Shown here: piece after piece, positions 37,612 through 47,574 of the stretch
Numbering within the stretch: position 1 is the first letter of the stretch
How the letters are laid out: every line of letters starts with the position of its first letter
Assembly (NCBI GenBank): GCA_964555935.1
Contig: CAZKUN010000013.1
Span: 4,539 to 68,538 of the forward strand
Reading direction: 5' to 3'
Length of the DNA: 64,000 nucleotides
Source: an uncultured Armatimonadia bacterium
Lineage (GTDB): Bacteria > Armatimonadota > Zipacnadia > Zipacnadales > VGFC01
Position numbers and translations under genes: made by a program
The notes under the pieces: model-generated
The model's input: only the letters and a program-made list of their open reading frames with translations
Databases searched by the model: none
What the model was told of the DNA's origin: nothing

Positions 37612-39048
37612 ATGAGATCCAACACGCTATCGATCGGCTTCCTGACGTTGTGCGCGGCGGCAGTCATGGCACAGGACGCGGACGTGCCGAGTTTGGCGGA
37701 GGTGCGCGAGCAGCTTCTCGGGACGCCCGCGACGAGTGCGAATCACGCGGATCGCTTACCGATTCTGGTCGCGCTCGACTACCACCTCGAGCAACCGAAC
37801 TCAGAATATGCGGATGCCGTGGTCGAGCACTATGGGCTGATGGTCGACAAGGTGCTGGATGAGGTGAAGAAGACGGTGGTTGACGAGGGCGTGGTGGTTT
37901 GGAAGCTGTACAGCAGCAGCATCATCGTGAAGACGCCGAAGACCGTGTTTGCCTTCGACCTTGACGAAGGCCCGTACACCGGAGTTGGCGAGCCGGATCG
38001 CGTCAAGCCAGACGGCCCATTGCGGATGCACTTCACCGAGAAGCAGCGCAGGCGGATGGCCCGGTTGGTGGATGTGTCGTTCCACACGCACGGCCACCAT
38101 GATCACGTGGACTACGCGCTGACGGAGGCGATGATCAAGGCGGGCACGCCCGTGATCGTGCCGGATGACATCCGCAGGATGTGGGCGCGCGCGCCTTTCG
38201 CCGACGAGCTGACGACGGTCGACGGCGAGCCGACGACCACGTTTGAGATCGCCGGCCTGAAGGTCGAGACCTTCTCATCCCAGCAGTGGATGGCTCCCGA
38301 CCACAGCATCAAGACCCCCTGCAACGCGTACCTGGTGACGACGGATAGCGGCGTCACCGTGCTGGCGAAGGGCGATATCAACGAGGGCGACGACATCCTG
38401 CCGTGGTTCTCGGATCTGAAGGAGCGCGAGATCGGCGTCGACTTGTACGTGGGCCATATCTTCTATTGGTGGGGGCGCGACGTGCTGCCACAGATCCTCC
38501 GGATGCACGACCCGTTCATCATCCCCGGCCATGAGTACGAGTTCGTCCACCGCAAGCCCGACGAAGCGGGGTCCGGGACGGGGTCGTACACGACGCTCAG
38601 CAAGCGATTCGCGAATCAGCTCGAACGGGAGAAGGCGGTTGTGCTGAGCTGGGGCGAGGCGTTCGCGTACTTGCCCGAACTGCACCGCGAATCGAAGTCG
38701 CCGCTGATCTTGACCTGGATTGAGATCGACCCCCAGCCCCGCAAGGTCGAGGTCCGGGTGGGGGAGACGCTTGAGGTCGATCTGAACGCGACGAGTGAGG
38801 GCGTGACGATCCGGCGCTGGTACCTGTCGTTCAGCAAGACGGATGCGCTGAGGAACGTCCCGGGCTTTGACGAGCGCGAGTGGGGCGGGATCCTGCACGA
38901 TCCTGATGGCGACGGCAAGTTCAGCGTTTCCACTGCGGGTTGGCCGGTCGGCGAGTATACGCTCGGATGCACCGCGGACGACTGGCCGGAGGGGGGAACC
39001 CGCACCTCCGGCAGTATTCACGTGACCGTTCTGGCGGGTGAAGGCTAA
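37612..39048 (+). CDS. Secreted MBL-fold metallo-hydrolase with C-terminal Ig-like beta-sandwich
   Basis: Signal peptide present. The HxHxDH motif is SFHTHGHHDHVDY. Downstream His/Asp ligands are present. Confidence 0.75.
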   Translation: MRSNTLSIGFLTLCAAAVMAQDADVPSLAEVREQLLGTPATSANHADRLPILVALDYHLEQPNSEYADAVVEHYGLMVDKVLDEVKKTVVDEGVVVWKLYSSSIIVKTPKTVFAFDLDEGPYTGVGEPDRVKPDGPLRMHFTEKQRRRMARLVDVSFHTHGHHDHVDYALTEAMIKAGTPVIVPDDIRRMWARAPFADELTTVDGEPTTTFEIAGLKVETFSSQQWMAPDHSIKTPCNAYLVTTDSGVTVLAKGDINEGDDILPWFSDLKEREIGVDLYVGHIFYWWGRDVLPQILRMHDPFIIPGHEYEFVHRKPDEAGSGTGSYTTLSKRFANQLEREKAVVLSWGEAFAYLPELHRESKSPLILTWIEIDPQPRKVEVRVGETLEVDLNATSEGVTIRRWYLSFSKTDALRNVPGFDEREWGGILHDPDGDGKFSVSTAGWPVGEYTLGCTADDWPEGGTRTSGSIHVTVLAGEG

Positions 39049-39728
39049 CGCGACCGGACCGTTGCCGGCTCTTCGTAGTCGACGAGGATAAGGTCTGATT
39101 CGTCGATGAGGTGCTCGTAATCGCCCTTCGAGTCGATCCTGCGGTAGGCGTCGTATTTCTCGCGGACCTTGACCGGGAACGAGTAGCCGTAGTGGCGGAT
39201 CTTCACGTCCGACAGGCCCCCAGGTCCTTGCATGCCAAGCACGTGCGCGCCATGGATCGGCTGGAACGGGTAGCGAAGGCTCGGCTGGTTGCGGAACAGC
39301 CGCGTGTGGACATGGTGCAGCGTCTCCTTGCCCCATTTCCCGTCCATTCGATACTGCGTCTTGCCATGCCAGAAGTGCAGCATGTGGAAGCCCCAGACCA
39401 CGTACTCATCTTGGTGAGTGAGTTCGTCGATCCGGGCTGCGATGCGGTCCTCGAACACCTCGTCGATGTCCATCATCAGGATCCAGTCGGGCTCCGTGCC
39501 CTTCACCAGCCCCAGCAACACGTTCCGGTCGAGCCCCTCGTCAAAGAACGTCTTTGGCCACGGCAGCACGGTGCTGACCTTCGGGAACGACCTGCAGATC
39601 TCCACCGTGCGGTCAGTGCTCCCGTCGTCAACCATGACGATTTCATCCACGAACTCGCTTAGCCCCCGGAGGCACTCTTCCGCCCACATCTCTCCGTCTT
39701 TCACCCGTATCCCCGCTGTCAGCTTCAT
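39045..39728 (-). CDS. GT2-family glycosyltransferase (small, soluble)
   Basis: VMVDDGSTDRT and MMDIDE (DxD) motifs, 227 aa. Transcribed divergently from the GT4 cluster. Confidence 0.7.
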   Translation of the reverse strand: MKLTAGIRVKDGEMWAEECLRGLSEFVDEIVMVDDGSTDRTVEICRSFPKVSTVLPWPKTFFDEGLDRNVLLGLVKGTEPDWILMMDIDEVFEDRIAARIDELTHQDEYVVWGFHMLHFWHGKTQYRMDGKWGKETLHHVHTRLFRNQPSLRYPFQPIHGAHVLGMQGPGGLSDVKIRHYGYSFPVKVREKYDAYRRIDSKGDYEHLIDESDLILVDYEEPATVRSR

Positions 39729-39949
39729 GGTGGTCCTCTCAGTGTGATGGTGGCATTATGCCACTGCACACATATTCACTGGCGATTAATCGCTTTTACA
39801 GGGTTAATTAGTGAAATATATGTTGACATGGCCAGTCGCTGCGAGTAGTATTATACAAGTAGCGCATATTCTGTCAATAAATATTACTAAGTTGGATCTG
39901 TGAGCGTCAGGACGGGCGGACAGGTCCACGGGCCAGAGCGAGGGCGCGC
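39729..39949. promoter_or_regulatory. AT-rich intergenic island with sigma70-like promoter (TTGACA 39823..39828, 17-bp spacer, TAGTAT 39846..39851) and 12-bp perfect palindrome GCGATTAATCGC (39782..39793)
   Basis: Read directly. GC is far lower than the surrounding ~67% GC context. The island separates divergent genes 39045..39728(-) and 39950..(+). Confidence 0.55.
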
Positions 39950-41953
39950 GTGCGCATCCTGGATTTCATCACACACCCACCATTCCAGAGCGAGCTGTGC
40001 AAGACCGGGCATGAGTTCGTGCTCGCGGCGAGCGAGTGCTGGGACCACTGGGACGTCAGCCTGAGGCCGCTGCCTGGCAACGCGTCAGTTGTCTCCGAGA
40101 TCGACCCCGAAGGACTCGACTTGGCGATCGTCGCGACGCGCGAGCAATACGTGCGGGCGGCGCGCCTGGACATTCCCGTCATCTTATTGAGCCACACAAT
40201 CATGCACCCATGGGATCGGGAGTTCTTCGCCGCTCTGCCCGATCATGTGGAGATGGTCTACGTAAGCGACCACAAGCGCGCGACGTTCGGGGACCTCGGC
40301 CAGAGGGGCCGGACCATCCGCCTGGCGGCGGACGCTGACGAGGATTTCACCGGCTACTCCGGCGCGGACGCCCGGATTCTCAACGTGACAAACCGGTTCT
40401 CGCAGCAGGGGGACCGAGGCTATGACCTGTATCGGCGCCTGACCGAGGGGTTGCCGGTGCAGGTCATCGGGCATCATAACGACCCGATACCGGGGGCGCG
40501 CGCCGCGACCGATCTCGACGACTTGCGGCAGCTGTATCGCACGAATCGCGCGTACCTGAACACGGACCCCCAGGGGCGATTGCACCTGGCAACGCTCGAG
40601 GCGATGGCCACGGGGATGCCGCTGGTCTCGCCCCCGATCGCGGAGTTGATGCCATACGTTGACGACGGAGTCAACGCGTTCGTTAGCACCGACGAGGGTG
40701 CGCTCCGCGACGCCCTGGAGGAGCTTCTCGAGGACGAGGAGCTAGCGCAGCGTGTCGGCGAGGCGGGACGCGCGATCGTCCGGACCCACTTCGGGATCGA
40801 TCGCTTCCTGCGCGAATGGTCCGAGGCCATTGGCGACGTCGCGGATCGACGCGGCAAGAGCGCCGGCCGCGGATCGCCGCTTCGCCCGCGCCGCGCGGGG
40901 GACGATTCGGGGCTGCGCGTGGCGATCAATGTCGGCCTGCTCGGAACGATCAAGACCGGCATCGGCCAGCACGCCGCGAACCTGGTGGAGGGTCTCGCCG
41001 CGACGGACGGGCCGAACTCGTATCATCTGATCGTGGGCACGTCATCCGTGGACAAGCTGCCCACCGGCCACAACCTGCACCCGCTGCTCGTCCGCTCAGG
41101 CGACGAGATGTGGGAAGAGACAGGACTGCCGTCGGTGCTGGAGGAATGCCGGGCGGATGTATATCACAGCCCCGCATTTGGTATCCCGATCGTGAAACCA
41201 TGCCCGTGTGTGGCGACGGTTCACGACTGCATCCCGAAGCTATTCCCCGAGCACGCGCCCCCGTTTCTCAGGCGTTTCTTCGACGATTGGGCGCCGACTT
41301 GGATGAAACTCGCCGACCACCTGATCGCAGTGTCAGAGCACACCAAGCACGACATCGCGCATCTGTATGGGGTGTCCGAGGACAAGATCACGGTCATCTA
41401 TCAGGCGAGCCCCAGCCGCCGGCGAGTTGATGATGAAGAAGCGATCTCCGACGTGAAGCGGCGGCTGGGCATTCCCGGGCCATACGTTCTCTATGTCGGG
41501 CGCATCGAGCTGCGGAAGAACATCGCAGGCATGATCGATGCGTTCCGGCTATTGCGAGCACGGGGGGACTTTGATGGGACCCTCGTGCTCGCCGGGCCGC
41601 GGGACCCCGAGCCTCACGATCCTGAAGGGGTGTTGCCGCCGGAGGGCGAGTACGGCGACATCATCGTGCCGGGCTTCGTCGCGGAGGACGACCTCTCGGG
41701 CTTGTATTCGGGGGCGCAGGCGTTCTGCTTCCCGTCCTTCTACGAGGGTTTCGGGCTGCCCGTCCTCGAGGCGCTGGCCTGCGGGGTACCGGTCGTGACA
41801 TCCAACGTGTCATCGCTTCCTGAGGTCGGCGGCGACGCGGCCATCTACGTGAACCCACACGACATCGAAGACATGGCGGACGGCATGAGCCGTGCCATTT
41901 CCGACACCCAGCTCCGGGGGGGAGCTGGTCCGGCGCGGGCTCGCGCAAGCTAG
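39950..41953 (+). CDS. Two-module GT4-family glycosyltransferase, C-terminus apparently truncated by a frameshift at a G7 run (would extend to 42020 in the other frame)
   Basis: The N-terminal module has a partial Glycos_transf_1-like domain. The C-terminal module is a full GT4 with EX7E-like EGFGLPVLEALACGVPVV. After ggggggg (41916..41922), the alternative frame encodes a canonical GT4 tail (ELVRRGLAQASRFTAEDAARKTIEVYEKAARS). Confidence 0.75.
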   Translation: MRILDFITHPPFQSELCKTGHEFVLAASECWDHWDVSLRPLPGNASVVSEIDPEGLDLAIVATREQYVRAARLDIPVILLSHTIMHPWDREFFAALPDHVEMVYVSDHKRATFGDLGQRGRTIRLAADADEDFTGYSGADARILNVTNRFSQQGDRGYDLYRRLTEGLPVQVIGHHNDPIPGARAATDLDDLRQLYRTNRAYLNTDPQGRLHLATLEAMATGMPLVSPPIAELMPYVDDGVNAFVSTDEGALRDALEELLEDEELAQRVGEAGRAIVRTHFGIDRFLREWSEAIGDVADRRGKSAGRGSPLRPRRAGDDSGLRVAINVGLLGTIKTGIGQHAANLVEGLAATDGPNSYHLIVGTSSVDKLPTGHNLHPLLVRSGDEMWEETGLPSVLEECRADVYHSPAFGIPIVKPCPCVATVHDCIPKLFPEHAPPFLRRFFDDWAPTWMKLADHLIAVSEHTKHDIAHLYGVSEDKITVIYQASPSRRRVDDEEAISDVKRRLGIPGPYVLYVGRIELRKNIAGMIDAFRLLRARGDFDGTLVLAGPRDPEPHDPEGVLPPEGEYGDIIVPGFVAEDDLSGLYSGAQAFCFPSFYEGFGLPVLEALACGVPVVTSNVSSLPEVGGDAAIYVNPHDIEDMADGMSRAISDTQLRGGAGPARARAS

Positions 41954-42059
41954 TCGGTTCACGGCCGAGGACGCGGCGCGCAAGACGATTGAGGTCTACG
42001 AAAAGGCGGCGCGGAGCTGACTCCGGGCCGACGAGAAGATCGACTGGGGCAATAAGCCA

Positions 42060-43223
42060 ATGCGGGTAGCCATTGACTGTCGGAGCGTGTTCGCCGGGTG
42101 CGGCGGAATCGGGCGCTACACTACGCAGCTCGTGAAGGCCATCGCGAGGATCGATCGCGATACCGATTACTACCTCGTCCGCACCAAGGCCAAGAACGAA
42201 GGGCCGATTGTCGAGCAGGACAATGTCTACGAGATCGTCGTCTCGGCAGGCATGCTTGACGAGAACTTCGAGCAGCTCCACCTCCCGCAACTGCTGGAAA
42301 GCTACGAGATCGATCTGTACCACAACACGACATTCTCGCTCCCGATCGTCCAGCCATGCGTGACGGTCACAACGATTCATGACGTCGTCTTCCACTTCCG
42401 GCCAGACCTGGTCAGGCCGGGGCTGAACGAGTACCTCGCCAAGTGGTCGCGCGTCGCGGCGGAGACGGCAACGCGCATCATCACGGTGTCTCAGTATTCC
42501 AAGGCCGCTATCTGCGACGCGTACGGCGTCGATCCGGCCGGCGTGTCGGTGATCCATGAGGCGGCGGACGCCGAGCGTTTCAGGCCGCGGTACGGTGGCG
42601 CGCTGGAGATCGAGTTCCGCAAGTGCTACGACATCAGCGGCCCATTTGTGCTGTACGTCGGCTCGCTCGAACCGAAGAAGAACATCGATCGCCTGTTGGC
42701 GGCGTTCAAGCGCGCGCGGCGCGATTCACGCTTACCGCACCGGCTCGTGCTGGCCGGAGGAGGGGGCGGCATGGATTACGACGTGCAAGCGGCGATCGAG
42801 GAACTCGGGCTGGAGCAACTTGTGACGGTAACGGGCTACTTGCCTGACAGGTACCTGCCGGTGGCGTACAACGCCGCTGATCTGTTCGCGTACCTGTCGC
42901 TCTATGAGGGATTTGGCTTGCCACCGCTTGAGGCGATGGCGTGCGGAACGCCGACGCTGGTGACGGACTGCACGTCGCTACCGGAGGTGGTGGGGACGGG
43001 CGCTGTTAGGGTGTCGCCGACCGACCCGGATGAGATCGCCGCCGCGCTGGCGTGGATGCTTACCGACCGGGCGCTGCAGGAGAAACTGAGGGAGCGTGGC
43101 CCGGAACGCGCCGCTCAATTCTCGTGGCAGCGCGCGGCGCTAGAGACGCTCGAGGTCTACCGGATGTGTCAGTCGCGCCAGTGGCTGCCCGCCGAGGCCA
43201 TGCTTGAGGAGGCGCACCAGTGA
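42060..43223 (+). CDS. GT4-family glycosyltransferase
   Basis: MRVAIDCR N-terminus, LYEGFGLPPLEAMACGTPTLV (EX7E), 387 aa. Confidence 0.85.
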   Translation: MRVAIDCRSVFAGCGGIGRYTTQLVKAIARIDRDTDYYLVRTKAKNEGPIVEQDNVYEIVVSAGMLDENFEQLHLPQLLESYEIDLYHNTTFSLPIVQPCVTVTTIHDVVFHFRPDLVRPGLNEYLAKWSRVAAETATRIITVSQYSKAAICDAYGVDPAGVSVIHEAADAERFRPRYGGALEIEFRKCYDISGPFVLYVGSLEPKKNIDRLLAAFKRARRDSRLPHRLVLAGGGGGMDYDVQAAIEELGLEQLVTVTGYLPDRYLPVAYNAADLFAYLSLYEGFGLPPLEAMACGTPTLVTDCTSLPEVVGTGAVRVSPTDPDEIAAALAWMLTDRALQEKLRERGPERAAQFSWQRAALETLEVYRMCQSRQWLPAEAMLEEAHQ

Positions 43224-44422
43224 GAGTTATGCACATCGCATCCGAGTACCCGCCGATCCAGGTCTTCGGCCTTGGTCGAGCGGTGCGCGACCTGGCGGTC
43301 GCTTCGGCCGCCGCGGGGCACGAGGTCCACGTCGTTACGAACAGCATCGGTGGTCGGGACAAGAGCGCCGTCATGGACGGCGTGAACGTACATCGGATCT
43401 CGTTTCCGCCGCCACCAAAGCCGCCCGACGGCGTGACCGCCGTGATGCAGTTTGACGTGCTTGCGGTACAGGCCGCCATCGAGGCCGTGAAGCGCCATGG
43501 TCAGCCGGATGTCATCCACGTGCATGACTGGCTGACGGCGCTGCCGGGACGGGTACTGAAGTGGACGTGCCCCGACGCGAAGCTCGTTGTGACGATTCAC
43601 GATACGGCGCATGGGAAGCACTTCGGAGAACTCGATCCTTCGCAACAGTCCACGGCTGACCTGGAACGTTGGATCGGCGAACACGCCGACGAAGTTGTCT
43701 GCTGCAGCGAGCACGTGCTCCGAGAGCTGACCGACACGTACGGTGTCGATCCAAGCAAGATCACGATCATCCCGTGTGGCGTCGACAGGTCGTCGTTTGA
43801 AGTGGATGGCGACCTTGACGCCCTGCGCGAGACCTTCGCCGAGTCAGACGAGCGCATCGTGCTATATGTGGGCCGACTGGATAAGGAGAAGGGCATCCAG
43901 TACCTCGTCGAGGCGGTGAGTCGCGTCATGACGGTTCACCCCAAGACCAAACTCGTCATCGCGGGCAAGGGCGTGCTCCAAGAAGCCATCCAGAAGCACG
44001 CGCACAACGTGGGGGTCGGCGACCGAGTGCTATTCGTCGGGTACGTAACGGGGAGCGTGCTATCGGGGCTGTACCGGCGTGCCGATGTGCTCGTAGTGCC
44101 CAGCACGTACGAGCCGTTCGGTCTCGTGGCGCTTGAGGGGATGGTCTGTGGCGCGCCGCTCGTGGCGTCGACGGCGGGTGGCTTGGGCGATATTGTCGAG
44201 CACGAGCAGACGGGGCTGTCGGTGCCGCCCGCGGATGTCGGAGCGCTGGCGGAGGCCATCACGCGCCTGCTGTCAGATACATCGCTAGCCGAGAGGCTGT
44301 CAGACGCCGGCGTCCGGCGCGCGGAGGAGCAGTACAACTGGACGCGGATCGCCCTCATGCACGAGCCGGTCTACGGCGTGACGGCGAAGGCTCCAGTCGC
44401 CGCCTTGCAGGAGCAAGTCTAG
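43220..44422 (+). CDS. GT4-family glycosyltransferase (paralogue of 46383..47555)
   Basis: MRVMHIASEYPP...GLGR N-terminus, STYEPFGLVALEGMVCGAPLVAS. There is an ATGA overlap with the upstream gene. Confidence 0.85.
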   Translation: MRVMHIASEYPPIQVFGLGRAVRDLAVASAAAGHEVHVVTNSIGGRDKSAVMDGVNVHRISFPPPPKPPDGVTAVMQFDVLAVQAAIEAVKRHGQPDVIHVHDWLTALPGRVLKWTCPDAKLVVTIHDTAHGKHFGELDPSQQSTADLERWIGEHADEVVCCSEHVLRELTDTYGVDPSKITIIPCGVDRSSFEVDGDLDALRETFAESDERIVLYVGRLDKEKGIQYLVEAVSRVMTVHPKTKLVIAGKGVLQEAIQKHAHNVGVGDRVLFVGYVTGSVLSGLYRRADVLVVPSTYEPFGLVALEGMVCGAPLVASTAGGLGDIVEHEQTGLSVPPADVGALAEAITRLLSDTSLAERLSDAGVRRAEEQYNWTRIALMHEPVYGVTAKAPVAALQEQV

Positions 44423-45222
44423 TGGACATCTACCACAGCGGGCGCGAGATCAGCCCGGATTACGCGAGCGTCGTGATCCCCGTCTACAACCAGCTCGAGC
44501 ACACCCGCGTGTGTTTCGACAGTCTCAGCGAGCACACGCGCTACCCGTGGCGTCTGATCGTCGTGGACAACGGGAGCAGCGACGGCACGGGCGAGTACCT
44601 CGCCGAGCGCGCGGCTGAGTGCGACCATCTGACGGTTATCACGAACGAGGAAAACGCCGGCTTTACGCTCGCCGTGAATCAAGGGATGGAGGCCGCGGAT
44701 GGCCGGCACGTGGTGCTTCTGAACAACGACACGACGGTCACGCCGGGCTGGCTGATGGGCCTCGTGATGCTCGCGGAGAGCGATGATCGGATTGGCCTGG
44801 TCGGGCCCAAGATCCTGCATCCGGAGACAGGCCAGATCCGGACCATTGGGGGACTCGTCTTCCATATGGGCGGGAAGGTCAGTCCGCCACCGGGGCAGGA
44901 CCAGGACGCCGCCGATCCTCGGTTTGCGGAGCCCTTCGAGTGTCAGTACGTTGAGGGCTCTTGCATGCTGATCAAGCGCGCCGTCATCGATGAGATTGGC
45001 GTTCTCGACGAGGTCTTCGCGCCGGCGTATTACGAGGACACAGACTACTGCTTCCGCGCGCGGGAAGCGGGTTTTCGGATCGTGTACTCGCCCTACTCAG
45101 AGATCTACCACCACTCGACAGTCACCGCCCAGGCCGTCAACGCGGAAGACCCGTCGTATGCGGCAGCAGCACGCCGGAACGACATGATCTTCAAGGCGCG
45201 CTGGGCGCACAGGTTCTGGTGA
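44422..45222 (+). CDS. GT2-family glycosyltransferase
   Basis: SVVIPVYNQ, VVDNGSSDGT and DxD (NNDT) motifs, 266 aa. Confidence 0.8.
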   Translation: MDIYHSGREISPDYASVVIPVYNQLEHTRVCFDSLSEHTRYPWRLIVVDNGSSDGTGEYLAERAAECDHLTVITNEENAGFTLAVNQGMEAADGRHVVLLNNDTTVTPGWLMGLVMLAESDDRIGLVGPKILHPETGQIRTIGGLVFHMGGKVSPPPGQDQDAADPRFAEPFECQYVEGSCMLIKRAVIDEIGVLDEVFAPAYYEDTDYCFRAREAGFRIVYSPYSEIYHHSTVTAQAVNAEDPSYAAAARRNDMIFKARWAHRFW

Positions 45223-46361
45223 GGCGGAGAATGAGCAAGAGGAAACGCCGGACGATTGCCGTTGACTGCCGCATCTTGAGCGCGCCGCCGGGTGGGAGCG
45301 CGTTCTACACGCGGCACGTGCTGAAGGCATTGGCGAAGCTGGGCGTGCGCGACGACTACGCGCTGATCCAAGGGCCGGGCGCTCAGAACGGACAGACGAT
45401 CCGCTCGCCGAGATTCCGCGACGTGATGGTCGATGACGCGAGCCTCTGCGACGAACGCTGGGAGCAGTGGCAGATGCCGAGCCAGCTCACCGAACTCGGC
45501 GCCGACCTGCTATTGGCTCCCACGATGGTGCTTCCGGCGCTACGCAGTTGTCCCTGCGTTCAGGTCATATACGATCTTGGGTTCGAGGTCCACGCGAGCT
45601 TCTACACTCCGGAGTTGAGGCGCTACTTGCGCAAGTGGGTCCGGCTTAGCGCGCGCAACGCGGACCACATCGTCACCCTCAGCGAGCACGCGCGAAGCGA
45701 GATCACGAGCATCTACTGCGTTCCTGATGAGAAGATCACGACCATCCCCGGCGCGCCCGCCGCGCATTTCGCCCCCGCGAGACGCGATGACATCGAGGCC
45801 ACGTTGCGGCGCCACCGGATCAGCCGCCCGTACGTTCTTAGCGTCGCAAGCGCCGAGCGCAACAAGAATCTGCCGGCGCTCATCGAGGCGTTCTCAACGG
45901 CTTGCTTGGGCGCGAAGGGCGGCTGGCAACTCGTGCTGACCGGCCGGGCCGGCGGGGGCGAGCGCGAAATCAGAGAAGCGCTCGGGCGGAATGGGATTGA
46001 GGACAGAGTCGTCATGACCGGCTTCGTCCCGGACGAGGATCTGCCGGCCCTGTACTCGGGGTCAGAGATCTTCGCATTCCCGTCGCTGTATGAGGGCTTT
46101 GGTCTTCCGCCGGTGGAGGCGTTGGCGTGTGGGACGGCAGTGCTCTGCTCCAACGCCGCTTCGCTACCCGAGGTCGTGGGTGACGCGGGCTTGCTTGCCG
46201 ACCCGACGCCTGAATCGTTCGCCGACGGGCTGGAAACGCTGATGGGCGACGAGAAGCTGAGGTCGGCCCTTCGCGTCAAAGGCCTCAGCCGCGCGCGCGA
46301 GTTCTCGTGGGAGGCGTCGGCCAAGCTGCTGCTGGGTGTGATCGAGACGACGGTTGGATGA
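45219..46361 (+). CDS. GT4-family glycosyltransferase
   Basis: IAVDCR N-terminus, LYEGFGLPPVEALACGTAVLCS. The start may be the ATG at 45231. Confidence 0.85.
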   Translation: MRRRMSKRKRRTIAVDCRILSAPPGGSAFYTRHVLKALAKLGVRDDYALIQGPGAQNGQTIRSPRFRDVMVDDASLCDERWEQWQMPSQLTELGADLLLAPTMVLPALRSCPCVQVIYDLGFEVHASFYTPELRRYLRKWVRLSARNADHIVTLSEHARSEITSIYCVPDEKITTIPGAPAAHFAPARRDDIEATLRRHRISRPYVLSVASAERNKNLPALIEAFSTACLGAKGGWQLVLTGRAGGGEREIREALGRNGIEDRVVMTGFVPDEDLPALYSGSEIFAFPSLYEGFGLPPVEALACGTAVLCSNAASLPEVVGDAGLLADPTPESFADGLETLMGDEKLRSALRVKGLSRAREFSWEASAKLLLGVIETTVG

Positions 46362-46382
46362 ACCCGAGGAGGACCCGATAAC

Positions 46383-47555
46383 GTGAAGGTGCTTACGCTC
46401 GCCACCGAGTTTCCCCCTGCCCGTGGATATGGTTTGGGGAGGTACATCGCCGAACACAGCGCCGCCCTCGCCGCCGCCGGCGTGGAGTCGCACGTCGCGT
46501 GCAACAACCACGACGGGGTCAGCGATAGCTACGACCGCGAGGGCGCGCGCGTGCATAACGCGCCGTTCCCTATCCCGGTCCAAGGTCACACTTGGATCAA
46601 CGAGGCGATGCAGGGGAACTCGCTCCTGGTCGCCCGCGGCGCGAGAATCGCGGATGAGCACGGGCCCTTTGACGTCATTCAGGCCCATGACTGGCTGGCG
46701 GCGAGCGCCGCGCGGTCTCTGCAGGAGATGCTGGGGATCCCTCTCGTGTTGACCATGCACGACACGCAGATTGGGAAGGCGCTTGGCGAACTCACCGACG
46801 ACCAGCGCTACATCGCCGAGGTAGAGGCGTGGATTTGCGGTCATGCCGACGCCGTGGTCGCCAACTCGTTCTTCATGGGCCGCGAGCTGAGCCAGGCCTA
46901 CAAGGTCCCGGACGAGAAGCTCGACGTGATCCACTGCGGCGTCAACCCGAAGTCGTTCGAGACGGACGCGGATCCCAAGCTGTTCAGGACCCTTTTCTGC
47001 GAGCCCGGCGAGCGGCTCGTGGGGTTCGTCGGCCGGCTGGCGCAGGTCAAGGGGCCGCACGTTCTGCTGGAGGCCGTGCCGAAGGTGCTGCGCGCTTGCC
47101 CAAACACGAAGTTCGTGATAGCCGGCGAGGGCGCTCTTCGCGACGGTCTCGAGCGCCACGCGGCAGGCCTCGACGTGCAGTCGCGCGTGCAGTTCACGGG
47201 GTACCTCTCCGGCCAGGTGCTATCGACGTTCTATCGGGCGGCCGATGTGATGGCGGCGCCGAGCCTCTACGAGCCGTTCGGCATGGTCGCGCTTGAGGCA
47301 TCCGTCTGCGGGACGCCCGTGGTCGCGGGCGATACCGGCGGGCTGTCTGAGATCGTCGAGGACGGGGAGACGGGCGTCAAGGTCCCGCCCAACGACCCGG
47401 ACGCACTGGCTTCGGCTATCGTGAAACTCCTCGTCGACGTGCGAAGGATCGAGCGGATGGGCATCGCGGCCAATCGTCACGCGCGATCGAACTTCTCCTG
47501 GCACGCGGTCGCGCGCAAGCAGATCGAGGTCTACGAGAAAGTGCTGGCGGCGTGA
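46383..47555 (+). CDS. GT4-family glycosyltransferase (paralogue of 43220..44422)
   Basis: MKVLTLATEFPP...GYGLGR N-terminus, SLYEPFGMVALEASVCGTPVVAG. Confidence 0.85.
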   Translation: MKVLTLATEFPPARGYGLGRYIAEHSAALAAAGVESHVACNNHDGVSDSYDREGARVHNAPFPIPVQGHTWINEAMQGNSLLVARGARIADEHGPFDVIQAHDWLAASAARSLQEMLGIPLVLTMHDTQIGKALGELTDDQRYIAEVEAWICGHADAVVANSFFMGRELSQAYKVPDEKLDVIHCGVNPKSFETDADPKLFRTLFCEPGERLVGFVGRLAQVKGPHVLLEAVPKVLRACPNTKFVIAGEGALRDGLERHAAGLDVQSRVQFTGYLSGQVLSTFYRAADVMAAPSLYEPFGMVALEASVCGTPVVAGDTGGLSEIVEDGETGVKVPPNDPDALASAIVKLLVDVRRIERMGIAANRHARSNFSWHAVARKQIEVYEKVLAA

Positions 47556-47574
47556 GGCGTGGGTGCGGAGCCGT

